Source of the DNA: an uncultured delta proteobacterium
GTDB lineage: Bacteria > Desulfobacterota > WTBG01
DNA: 64,000 nt
Assembly (NCBI GenBank): GCA_963793865.1
Contig: CAWCBP010000012.1
Coordinates: forward strand, 64,001-128,000
Direction of reading: 5' to 3'
Shown in pieces: positions 38,104 through 48,070 of this stretch (positions are counted from its first letter, which is position 1; the number at the start of each line of letters is the position of its first letter). Both the position numbers and the translations under genes were made by a program. The notes under the pieces were generated by a model that saw only the letters and a program-made list of their open reading frames with translations, was not told where the DNA came from and made no database searches.

Positions 38104-39801
38104 CTAATCAATATAGCCAAGGTTGCGCAAGCGTTCCATAACCGTCTTCTCTTCTTCGGGAGACATTGCGCTCTGCGCCTCTTCCGCGTCCTTTACCGCC
38201 TGGACGAATTCCACCGGGCGCTGCCGCAGAAAGGCTTCCTCAAAAATATCTTCCAGTACCCTGCCGTCCATGTCGTTCGGCACCTTGCATCCCATCAGGT
38301 GCAGCGCCGTCGGCGCAACGTCCATGATGGTTGCCCCGCTTACTTTTGCCCCTTTTTTGATCTCCCTGCCTTTGGCCATGAAAATGCCGTCCATGGTGTG
38401 GGCGCCGCGCTGGCCGGCAAAGCTGACAAAAGGCGTGTTGGATCCGAAGGGCACGAGGCTGCCTGACTGATAGAAGCCGGTTTGAGGCAGGTAGATGATG
38501 TCCGGCGCATTACTGATGTATGGGCCCCGGTATGCCTCCTGCCCGGTATACACCAGTCCCTCGATGTGCATGCCTTCCTCGGGGTCGTGGAGATTTTTCA
38601 GTTTTTGGACGATCTCCGTGAGCAGCTGATTGTACTCTGAGCCCGGGGCCACGATCCCCTGTGGTTCCCGTCCCTTGAGATTGATGATAATCTGCCCTAT
38701 GACGCTGGTTTTCGCGTAGGCCTTTGTTTTTGTCCAATCAATGTCATTCAATGACAGAAGGGGGCTCTGATTAAACATTGTGTTCCATTGCTTTAAAAAC
38801 TCGCTGGGGGAACCCGTTTTAGGTTTTATTCCCAACCGTAATAGTTTTTCACAGACGGCATATATATTCTGGTAGGTGACGCCGCACTTCCAGAGGAGAT
38901 AGCGCGCCCGTGAAGCAAAGGACTTCTTTAAGGTAATATATCCCTCCTGCAGCAGCCAGGTGTTGAGATCAATTGACCTGTTCACCGGGCCAAGGCCGTG
39001 GTCGGACATGATAAAGACGCTGCAGTCGGGGCCGGCCAGCTGCAGCGTCTTCCCGATCTGCTCATCGACACGCTGGTAAAAGTCGAGCACCTTACCGTAG
39101 AATTTCTGCTCCAGCTCTTTTGTATGCCCGGGGTGTGATGGGTCAATGACATTCCAGAGCCAGTGCTGCATCCTGTCAGTCCCCAGTTCGTGGAACACGA
39201 CAACATCATAGCTGTCTTTTTCCATCAGGTAGTGGGCCACCCTGAACTTGTATTCCGACATTTTCACGCAGTCGTCGATGAAGTCGTCCGCGTTTTTGTC
39301 AGAGTAGGGAACCGTAAAATCAGAGACCCTGGGATAGAGGTAGTAGGGGCCGAACCGGTCCTCCACCTCGTTGAGGAGCTGGGGGGGATAGGTAAAGTCC
39401 CTCTTTTCCGCCTGGCTCAGGAAGTCACAGATCATGATGCCGTTTACCTTTTGCGGGGGGTAAGTCATGGGCACGTTGAGGACCGCCACCTTTTTGTTGT
39501 CCTCCGCCAGATAGTCCCAGAGGGTTTTGCTTTTGCAGAAGGTTGAGTTGACGGCGATCTCCTGGTAGCTGTTCTCCCTTTTGATAAGGAACTCAAAAAT
39601 ACCGTGTTTGCCCGGGTTCTTCCCGGTGTAAAAGGAGGTCCATGCCGGCGCGGTGATGGGGGGAAGGATGGTGCGCAGGGGGCCGGAGACCCCTTCGTCA
39701 TAGATTTTCCCCAGGTTGGGCAGCAACCCCTTTTGCATCCAGGGAAGGAGTATGTCAAAGGTGCCGCCGTCTAAACCCAGGATGAGAAGCCTGCTGTTCA
39801 T
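38104..39801 (-). CDS. Alkaline-phosphatase-superfamily type I phosphodiesterase/nucleotide pyrophosphatase
   Basis: LGLDG, PPITAPAWTSF.TG.NPGKHG, SDHG and ERLRNLGYID. Confidence 0.88.
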   Translation of the reverse strand: MNSRLLILGLDGGTFDILLPWMQKGLLPNLGKIYDEGVSGPLRTILPPITAPAWTSFYTGKNPGKHGIFEFLIKRENSYQEIAVNSTFCKSKTLWDYLAEDNKKVAVLNVPMTYPPQKVNGIMICDFLSQAEKRDFTYPPQLLNEVEDRFGPYYLYPRVSDFTVPYSDKNADDFIDDCVKMSEYKFRVAHYLMEKDSYDVVVFHELGTDRMQHWLWNVIDPSHPGHTKELEQKFYGKVLDFYQRVDEQIGKTLQLAGPDCSVFIMSDHGLGPVNRSIDLNTWLLQEGYITLKKSFASRARYLLWKCGVTYQNIYAVCEKLLRLGIKPKTGSPSEFLKQWNTMFNQSPLLSLNDIDWTKTKAYAKTSVIGQIIINLKGREPQGIVAPGSEYNQLLTEIVQKLKNLHDPEEGMHIEGLVYTGQEAYRGPYISNAPDIIYLPQTGFYQSGSLVPFGSNTPFVSFAGQRGAHTMDGIFMAKGREIKKGAKVSGATIMDVAPTALHLMGCKVPNDMDGRVLEDIFEEAFLRQRPVEFVQAVKDAEEAQSAMSPEEEKTVMERLRNLGYID

Positions 39802-39923
39802 GGTGCTTAAGATTTCCTTTCCGCCGCTTCAGCGCTCAGGGGGCAATCCGGTAAAAATTTGGACACCGGAACGCCGGGGAGAGATTCACTTGTATGGGGG
39901 ATGGGCGCATGGAAGCTGATCCC

Positions 39924-41674
39924 TTATTCGTTTTGTAACGGCACGATGGCATCAAAGTGCTTCAGGGTGGAGTTCTCGCCGCTCAGAATCTGCCGGCAGC
40001 GCATCTTTGCCGCGGGGAGCATCGCGGAAATAAACCGCCGGGCGATGATCTTTTTTCGGGCGCAATGAGGCGACTGCCTGAGAAAGAGATAGCCGATGAG
40101 AATGGAGACGGCCATGTCCACCAGGTGGCGGGCGCAGAGATCGGTATACCGGCTGTCCTTTTTCTCCCCGAGGTATTTTACCGCCTGGGCGAGAAGAGAT
40201 CTGGCCTGGCCAAGCTTCCCGGAGAGCGCTTTGTTTCCGGCGCCGGCACACTCCTGCGAGAGGTCATCCAGGTAGCGATCCAGCGCGCCGCTGACGATGC
40301 TTCTCGACGCCGCGGCCACCTGCAGCTGGGAGGTGCCCTCGTAGATGGTGGTGATGCGCGCGTCCCTGAAGTAGCGCTCCACGGGGTAGTCCTTCATGTA
40401 GCCGCTTCCCCCCAGGACCTGGATGGCATCGGATGTTACCTGAACGCTCATCTCGGTGCTGTAATATTTGGCCAGCGGGGTGAGGAGCAGCACCAGGCGC
40501 TCGTATTTTTTTGCGTCTTTTTTAAGCTCTTTTAAGGGCGGGGCACTGCCCTGGTCCGCTTTTTCCGAAAGAGATTCAATGCTCTTCAGGGTCCCCGCGG
40601 CGGTGTCCATGGCGATTGCCGCCTCATAGGTGAGGGCCCGGGCCGCCTCGATCCGGACCTGCATATCAGCAAGCATGTCGGCAACCGCGGGGATGGTCTC
40701 GATGCGCCTTCCGTACTGCTGCCGGGCGTGGGCGAAGCCGCGGGCCTCCTGCAGCGCCGCCTGGGCGATGCCGATGGACTGGGCGGCGGTGCCGATGCGC
40801 GCGCCGTTGAGCAGCGCCAGGACGTAGGTTACCAGCCCGCGCTTCCGCTCGCCGATGAGCTGCGCGGGAACACCGTCGAACTGCAGCTCGCAGGTGGGCG
40901 AACCATGGATGCCCAGCTTCTCCTCGATGCGCCTCACCGTGATGCCGTCTTTCGCCTCGCAGAGGTACAGGCTTAAGCCCAGGCCTCCCTCCTCGTCAAA
41001 ATCAGAGCGCGCCAGCACCAGTACCACGTCGGCGTTGCCGTTGGTGATGAACCGCTTCACGCCGCGTGAGCCGCCAGGTGCCATTCTCATCCTGGACGGC
41101 CTTGAGCTTCACGTTCTGCAAATCGCTTCCCGCCTCGGCCTCGGTGAGGGCCATGGCGCCGGTCACCTCTCCCCGGCAGAAGAGGGGCAGGTACTTGTTT
41201 TTCAGCTCCTCGTCGGCAAAGGCATGGATGATTTCAGCGACACCCTGGAGCCCGAACAGGTTTTGCAGGCTGGCGTCGGCGCGGGCGACGATTTCCTGGG
41301 CCATGGTGAAGATGATCGCGGGAAAGTTGAGGCCGCCGTAGCGCCGGGGCAGGGTCATGCCCATCAGGTCCGCTTTGGCGAAGGCCGTCAAGTGAATCGC
41401 CGGTACCGGGCGCGTAGGTAACACTATGTCCATCAAAGGAAGACCCGGCAAGGTCGACCCCTTCGCCGCGGGGGGCGCTCCGCTCCGCCGCGATTTCACC
41501 CAGCACCGAGAGCACCCGCCGGTAGCTGTCCACCGCATCGGCTGCGTCCGCCGGGGCATAATCATAGCGCGAGGCGTCGATGAAACCCGGTTCATAGAGA
41601 TTCACGATCTTCGGCCAGTCGAAGTGACTGAAAAAAAACTGGATGTCCGCGTTGTCCTGGAAGAAGTTTTTCAC
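39924..41674 (-). CDS. Acyl-CoA dehydrogenase (two apparent frameshifts, near 41400 and 41070)
   Basis: Three consecutive frames give MKNFFQDNAD..., MALTEAEAGSDL and KRFITNG...KLGIHGSPTC...IYEGTSQLQ. Confidence 0.88.
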
Positions 41675-42699
41675 CGTGTGCCCCCGCCGCTTTTTGATTT
41701 GTAAGCCCTGATCATTTTGGGAAGCACCTCTTTAAGGTCGCCCACGATGCCGTAGTGGGCGACGCTGAAGATGGGGGCCTCGGGATCGGTGTTGACGGCA
41801 ACTATTTTCCGCGCCTCCGACATGCCGGCGCGATGCTGGACAGCCCCGGAAATGCCGCAAGCGATATAGAGGCGGGGGCGGACGGTTGTTCCCGTCTGGC
41901 CCACCTGGTGGTCGCGATGAATGAAGCCGGCATCGACTGCCGCCCGGGTTGCCCCCACCGACGCGCCCAGGCAGGAAGCCAGGCTGAAGATGAGCTTGAA
42001 GTTTTCCGCGTTGCCCACACCGGCGCCGCCGGCCACAATGACGCTGGAGGATTTCAGATTGACGGTCTTTTCCACCCGGGTGCGCTCCAGGATGGTAACC
42101 GCACCGTCCCGCGTGTCCGGGGTGTGTTCGATGTTCACCACCTCTCCCGACCGCTGCGCATCAGTCGTCAGCACCCGCATCACCCCTTCCCTGACGGTTG
42201 CCATCTGGGGCCGGGTGCGAGGGTTGACAATGGTGGCGATGATGTTGCCCCCGAAGGCGGGGCGGATCTGCATCAGGATGTTTTTATAGCGCTCCTTGCT
42301 TACCGGGTCGGTGTACTGATCGATGGCCAGATCGGTGCAGTCGGCGGTGATGCCCACCTTGAGCTGGGAGGCCACGCGCGGGGCGAGGTCGCGGCCCAGG
42401 GCGGTCGCGCCCAGGATAAAGACCGCCGGTTCGAAGCGGTTGACCAGGTCAACCAGCGTGCGGGTATAGGGAAGGGTGGTGTAGGCATCAAGCTCCGGGT
42501 GCTGCGCCAGGTAGACGGTGTCTGCTCCGTGGGCGATGAGGGAAGGCGCGAGCTCGGCTACCCGGTTTCCCAGCAGCACCGCGGCCAGGCCGACATTAAG
42601 CTTGTCAGCAAGTTCCCTGCCCTTGCCCAGCAGCTCAAGGGTTATCTCTGCTATGCTGTTCTGTTCCCGCTGGGCAAAAACCCAGACTTCGTTTTTCAT
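41671..42699 (-). CDS. etfA: Electron transfer flavoprotein alpha subunit
   Basis: GITADCT, RPAFGGN, QVGQTG.TV.P and GISGAVQH. Confidence 0.93.
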   Translation of the reverse strand: MKNEVWVFAQREQNSIAEITLELLGKGRELADKLNVGLAAVLLGNRVAELAPSLIAHGADTVYLAQHPELDAYTTLPYTRTLVDLVNRFEPAVFILGATALGRDLAPRVASQLKVGITADCTDLAIDQYTDPVSKERYKNILMQIRPAFGGNIIATIVNPRTRPQMATVREGVMRVLTTDAQRSGEVVNIEHTPDTRDGAVTILERTRVEKTVNLKSSSVIVAGGAGVGNAENFKLIFSLASCLGASVGATRAAVDAGFIHRDHQVGQTGTTVRPRLYIACGISGAVQHRAGMSEARKIVAVNTDPEAPIFSVAHYGIVGDLKEVLPKMIRAYKSKSGGGTR

Positions 42700-42884
42700 T
42701 GACCTTTGTCATGGATAAATGTTTGTTTGCGCCAACCCTCGCTGGTGCGCACATTAATTCGCGGCTAAAGCCGCTCCTACTGATTAATCAATCTTCAATT
42801 CTGGGTTTGTCATCCTGCGACTTGATCGCAGGATCCACATATATCTGGAGGGACGCGCTCCGTCGCGTCCGCTTATTATCTCCT

Positions 42885-43781
42885 TCAGCCGAAGGTGTGC
42901 TCCTCGATCAGCTCCTGCATGAGCCGCTGCACTCCCTCATCGGTGGGCGGGTATGACTTGTGCTCGCCCCCGGTTAAAACCACCCGCTCTATCTTCTTGA
43001 CCCAGGTCGGTGACCCTGCGCGGCCGCAGCGGGCGGGGTCGATGGCCAGATCATCTCCAGTCCATTCCTCAATCAGCAAACCTTTTTCCTTCAGGGACTG
43101 ACAGTGCGATTCAATCTCCTGTTCGGATGCGCCTTCGGCCTGCAGCTTGTTTTTCAATTCGCCCGGGGTGAGCGCCTTTTTAAAGCGCATCAGCCTTTTT
43201 GCTGCGGGCGGCCTCGGCTCATTGCTGTCAGGCATGACGGTGATAAGAAGCGGCAGGGTTGACCGCACCCTCTCATAGCCCTCGTCAGAGAAGCGCTTTG
43301 CCTCAAGGGTTCCGTCCCGGAGGCTGTATATTTCTTCCGCGTAGGTGATTTGCGGTATGCCCAGTTTTTCCGCCACCTGCGGTCCCACCTGGGCGGTATT
43401 GCCGTCACTTGCCTCCCTGCCGCAGAAAATAAGATCAAAGGTTTTAATCTTGTTGATGGCGGCGCTCAAGGTGTAGGAAGTGGCCAGTGTGTCCGCCGCT
43501 GCAAAACGCCTGTCAGTCAAAAGGATCGCCCTGTCTGCCCCGCGGTAGAGTGATTCCCGCAGGATTTCGGCTGCCGCGGAAGGGCCCATGGTGATGACCG
43601 TAACCGTGCCGCCGTAGTTCTCCTTGATGGCGAGGGCCATTTCCAGCGCGTGCAGATCGTCCTTGTTGAAGACGGCGGGGAGGGCGGAGCGGTTGAGTGT
43701 CCCGTCCTCTTTCATGGCCTTAGGCGAGATCTCGGTGGTGTCAGGAACCTGCTTTGCGAGTACGATTGAATGATAGGGCAT
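42885..43781 (-). CDS. etfB: Electron transfer flavoprotein beta subunit
   Basis: KQVPDT, ADTLATS, DGNTAQVGP and GSPT.V. Confidence 0.93.
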   Translation of the reverse strand: MPYHSIVLAKQVPDTTEISPKAMKEDGTLNRSALPAVFNKDDLHALEMALAIKENYGGTVTVITMGPSAAAEILRESLYRGADRAILLTDRRFAAADTLATSYTLSAAINKIKTFDLIFCGREASDGNTAQVGPQVAEKLGIPQITYAEEIYSLRDGTLEAKRFSDEGYERVRSTLPLLITVMPDSNEPRPPAAKRLMRFKKALTPGELKNKLQAEGASEQEIESHCQSLKEKGLLIEEWTGDDLAIDPARCGRAGSPTWVKKIERVVLTGGEHKSYPPTDEGVQRLMQELIEEHTFG

Positions 43782-44448
43782 TTTTACCTAACAGAAAAAA
43801 ATGGCAAATTTCAAAGCCAAAGTTCAAATGAAGAAAGGCTAAAGTTCAAAGTCCAAAAATCCGCTTTCATTTGTTTGGAATTTGGATTTTGACATTTGAG
43901 CTTGTTCATCATGCACTTACATGTATTTTTATATAGAACTGACCGCGCTAAGTCAAGTTTCGAATTCCAGCTGCTGTAAAGCTGTGAATACAACAGGAGA
44001 TTCCACGGTGCGCATTGACGGACGATTATAAAAACAGTCATTGAGAGCGTTATCCGTGCGGCAATCTCAATGATTGATGCACGTCGTTCACAATGACTAT
44101 TTGTTTTCTAAATCAAAACCCTTTTTCTCCAATTAATGTCATATAAAAGCAACGTAAGCGACTGAGACATCTTGATCATTCAATTTATATCTTATTCATT
44201 TGAATCAGCAAGAAATATGCCCGGCTCGTTAACGGGCCGGGCATTGGCGCACAGATTAATAAATGATTTATTATCAATGGTTTGGCAATTTACTTTTTTT
44301 AATTATAATTCTAATACCCCGCACGGTAAGTGGCTGGATCGAGCCATCATCATTTCCTATTGGCTCTAATCATGCTAATGGAAAGGTGGGAGCCACGGTA
44401 GGAGCAGCTTTAGCTGCGATTAATTATATTCGCGACCGGAGGTCGCTC

Positions 44449-45630
44449 CTACCGATTGCCTGACGAACCGATGAGAGAATCCAGTAAAACCCGCAGCTTA
44501 TTTTTAAATTCTTCATCGTTTTCCAGGGTCTGAGCGAGCATCGGGCTCAGGCGGGAATAGAGATCAATCAGTTGGCGGCCCTCCGGTGTTGTGTTCAATA
44601 CTTCATCCCGAAACAAGCGCAAAGCTTCCGTTTCAGGGGCCTGGTCGCCATACAGTATGACTACGGGACAGCCGGGAACGGTTGTCGTGGTTGTTGAAAC
44701 AGGCGCGTATTTCTTGATGCAGTCGTTAGCGGCGTCAGCCACATAGATATTACCCTGATTGTCAATTGCCAGTCCATACGGGGAAGGCTGCGCTCCAAAC
44801 CCGCCCTTTCCTTCGAGGACGATGGTGGTAATGAGTGTGCCGTCTTGATCAATTTTCTTGATGCTGTGATGCAGTGCGTCGGAAACATATATGTTTCCGA
44901 CCCCGTCCAGCGCAATGCCGGTCGTGGTGCAGAAGATATCGTCTGCGGTGCATGGTTGGATTTGATCAACCAAGTCTCCGCCGGCTTGAAAAATCTGTAT
45001 CGGACCAATGATGGTTGCCGGTACGTAGAGATTATTCGCCGAATCTGTTGCCATCTCCAGGGCATCGAACCAGATGAACGGCCACTGGTCTATCAATATC
45101 CCCTCAGCGGTAAATTTTTGGATGCAGGTATAGTAGCGATCGGGCGGGGTAAGGGCCGCATGGTGCACGTAGATGCCGCCTTCTCCGTCCACTGCCAGCG
45201 CTCGAGGGGTGGAGTAAAGCCACCACCCGTCCGGCCTTGTGCTCCAGGCTGCAAGAAATTCTCCATCCGGAGTAAATTTTTGAATGCGGTCGTTCAGAAA
45301 ATCTGCCACGTACACATTGTCTTCCCCGTCCACGTCAATGCCCTGGGGGGCTATGAATTGGCCTTCCTCACTACCGTATCTCCCCCACCCGGTAAGGAAT
45401 GTGCCATCCGGAGTAAATTTTTGAATTCGGTGATTCGACGGATCCGATACGAAAAGATTGCTATCGCCGTCTATGGCAATTCCGTGGGGCTCAAGAAACT
45501 GTCCGTCTTCGGTGCCTGAACCGCCCCACTCAGCAACAAGTTCATAGTCTTGGGAGGCAGAGAAATGAGTTCCGCACAGCAAAAGTGAAGAACAAAAAAC
45601 TGAAAAAATGGCGGATAGCTCAGATTCCCC
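44449..45630 (-). CDS. Exported NHL-repeat beta-propeller with a Thr linker and CFI-box-CTERM-like C-terminal domain; start region probably frameshifted
   Basis: Repeated GQF..P.GI..D...N.YV.D..N.RIQKF; STTTTTVPGCP...LR.FRD.VL..T.EGR.LI.LY; AAGGAGG-ATG near 45630 is out of frame. Confidence 0.85.
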   Translation of the reverse strand, partial: GESELSAIFSVFCSSLLLCGTHFSASQDYELVAEWGGSGTEDGQFLEPHGIAIDGDSNLFVSDPSNHRIQKFTPDGTFLTGWGRYGSEEGQFIAPQGIDVDGEDNVYVADFLNDRIQKFTPDGEFLAAWSTRPDGWWLYSTPRALAVDGEGGIYVHHAALTPPDRYYTCIQKFTAEGILIDQWPFIWFDALEMATDSANNLYVPATIIGPIQIFQAGGDLVDQIQPCTADDIFCTTTGIALDGVGNIYVSDALHHSIKKIDQDGTLITTIVLEGKGGFGAQPSPYGLAIDNQGNIYVADAANDCIKKYAPVSTTTTTVPGCPVVILYGDQAPETEALRLFRDEVLNTTPEGRQLIDLYSRLSPMLAQTLENDEEFKNKLRVLLDSLIGSSGNR

Positions 45631-45865
45631 ATGATGATCCTCCTTCATATGACACATTGAAATATCATTGAATTCCAAATTTTACGGGAATGACATCTTT
45701 AGTTCTGTATTTTTTCCTCTTTGTGGGTGGCATCATTCATATGTAGGGGCGACCGGCCGGTCGCCCCTACGGAACTGATTTTCGTGTTACGTGGTGAAAT
45801 CTTTTCGTATTGCGTGAAAGGTGTGACAACCGGTGTTGCATATTTCCTCCCCCGGCACTTCACTC

Positions 45866-47353
45866 TTAATCATGCCCCGCTGTCCCCACAACACGGGCGC
45901 GAACGGCCAGATCGTAGGGCATCGTTGTTCCGCGTCCGATCGCCTGCCATGCTTTGCCGTCTTCGCTCACATAACAGCGTTCATTTTCGGGAGGACCCGT
46001 CACATCAACGGGGATGGGGTAACAATATCCCGGTGTGGTCAGCCGTATGGCAACAACAAAGTCATCGCCGACCCTTAGCGGGAGAGGGCGCAATAGCTTG
46101 ATAGAGTAGTAGCCCAGCTCATCGCACCTTCCCCTCTTGACGCAGCGCAGGTTTCGCATTGAATTCCCCTGCATCCGATCGTACACCCTGATTTCGTACA
46201 TCGCATTCACGCTGGTTGTCCAGAAGTCAACCGCCCGCAAAACCCCTGCCGTTTCGGGGATGAAAACTGCTGCGCACCAGGCTGTAGGCCTTCCCGCGCC
46301 GATGGAATTAACGCCGTCGCAGGACCCTCCCGCGTCGAGGCAGAAAAAACCTCCTTCGTCGTAGCAGAGGATGGATTCGTCAGGGTCGGAATCTTTGTAT
46401 GAGGAGATAAAACTGGACATGGTTCCTATTTTGGCTGCGCCGTAGGCGATGTGGCAGTAACCATTCATCCCCCAGTCATCACCCCAGCTGTTCTTGACGA
46501 TCCAGGCGCCTGCAGGTCCCAGGTTATCATCCCAGCCGACAATGAGAACGGAGTGGTTTGCCATGAGGGAATCATAATATTCATAGACCCCTCCCGTATA
46601 TGCCCGGAAAGCGGGATCGGATGCATCCATCGAGGACGTGACCGGCCCATGCCTGTAGAGAGCTGCCTTGATGGCCTCAACCAGGTTGGGAAGCACCCTC
46701 CAGCCATCCACATTTTTAATTATTTCGCAGCGGTGGTCGCACGGAACTCCGTCAACGGCCAGAAAAGGTTGGCATGATTCGAGGGAAGCGCCCCGCCGGG
46801 TCAAATAATTGATCGCCCTGAAGGCACTCCCGCCGGTAGAGCAGCTCCGGGCTTTCCCGGCAGAGGCAATGAAGTCACATGAGGCCAGCCCCTGTTCCGA
46901 AAGATCGTATGCTACGCCCTCGCGCAGCAGAATTTTTGATTCAAGCTCTGCCGCCGCGGTGAAGGCCCAGCACAGCTGGCAGGGATATTGATCTTTTACC
47001 GGTGTTATTTTGTCTTCATCCCGCCAGTCAAAGTATGAAGGGAGATGCCGCACGGGGTAAGGCCTTTTGAGCCGGCGTTCTTCAATGCTGCAGGGGATGG
47101 AGCCGGGCAGATTAGCGCTTTGACCAGGGGGCAGGTTATACATCCGGGTCTCGTCCACGGTAAAATTAAAACCCTGCTGCCGTATGCGATTTCTTATCTC
47201 CTCAATCGAGGGAAGAGGCTTATAGTCTGACCCTGCCATACTATCCTCAACAGTTTGCCGGAGCGGGCTGGATAGGTTCCAGCCGCATGCAGTCTTGAAG
47301 GAAATGCCCAGTGATAGTAAACAGGTACAGAAAATGAAAAAAGGCTTGTTCAT
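45866..47353 (-). CDS. Exported papain-family (C1A) cysteine protease with a C-terminal lectin-like domain
   Basis: FDWR, PVKDQ..C..CWAF, DLSEQ, NHSVLIVGW and IVKNSWG..WG..GY. Confidence 0.92.
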   Translation of the reverse strand: MNKPFFIFCTCLLSLGISFKTACGWNLSSPLRQTVEDSMAGSDYKPLPSIEEIRNRIRQQGFNFTVDETRMYNLPPGQSANLPGSIPCSIEERRLKRPYPVRHLPSYFDWRDEDKITPVKDQYPCQLCWAFTAAAELESKILLREGVAYDLSEQGLASCDFIASAGKARSCSTGGSAFRAINYLTRRGASLESCQPFLAVDGVPCDHRCEIIKNVDGWRVLPNLVEAIKAALYRHGPVTSSMDASDPAFRAYTGGVYEYYDSLMANHSVLIVGWDDNLGPAGAWIVKNSWGDDWGMNGYCHIAYGAAKIGTMSSFISSYKDSDPDESILCYDEGGFFCLDAGGSCDGVNSIGAGRPTAWCAAVFIPETAGVLRAVDFWTTSVNAMYEIRVYDRMQGNSMRNLRCVKRGRCDELGYYSIKLLRPLPLRVGDDFVVAIRLTTPGYCYPIPVDVTGPPENERCYVSEDGKAWQAIGRGTTMPYDLAVRARVVGTAGHD

Positions 47354-47583
47354 GGGAATGTACCCCCGGGATAGATTCATGTCACTGTTCCGGAGATGAA
47401 CGGGTTGCTTCCCGATTGTGGGCCGGCATGTCCGTATTACCATCCACGCCTCAGTGAGACAGCTGCTGAAGAAAACCATCTCAGGTAAACAAGAAAGGGT
47501 TACTGCACCTGGGTGAGGAGGTAATGGCGGAAGGCATGGATCAATACAGGATATGCCGGCCCCATTGACAAAATCCATGTGTA

Positions 47584-47979
47584 TCAATTACAAATGCCGT
47601 CATTGCACGTATTGTAACAGAGCACCAGGTCGATGTAGTACATCATCCATGCCAGTCCCAGGCAGGGCACAACCTCTTCTCCGCCCAGCACGCACATCAC
47701 TGCTGTCGCAAACCATGCAACCAGAGCAATTTCATCACAGCCGATGCCTTTTGGCTGCCCCGCGTTGTACCATGCCCACCAGTCATTGGCTTTTACTCCG
47801 GATGTGCCGTATCTGTAAAAGGCGCTGAAATTGTCCGTGCAGCATTTTGTGCAATCGCATGCGGCATTACAATTCTTGTCACTGGGCAGCCCCGGCAGTA
47901 TGGCGGCCGAAGCGGTTTGCGCCACGCATGTCCAGGCCACCAGTAAAGCTATCATTGCGGCGATAGTTCGAATCTTCAT
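47584..47979 (-). CDS. Small secreted Cys-rich protein (131 aa) with a hydrophobic C-terminal hairpin
   Basis: Strong RBS AAGGAGGTGA; Sec signal ending ASA-A; 11 Cys in the mature part and no His. Confidence 0.85.
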   Translation of the reverse strand: MKIRTIAAMIALLVAWTCVAQTASAAILPGLPSDKNCNAACDCTKCCTDNFSAFYRYGTSGVKANDWWAWYNAGQPKGIGCDEIALVAWFATAVMCVLGGEEVVPCLGLAWMMYYIDLVLCYNTCNDGICN

Positions 47980-48070
47980 TTCACTCACCTCCTTTCTTCT
48001 CAATGGTAATTTTGTCCTTCTTTTTTCCGTCACCTCCTTGCATGTCACCGCCTGTGCTCCTTCCTTGCGC

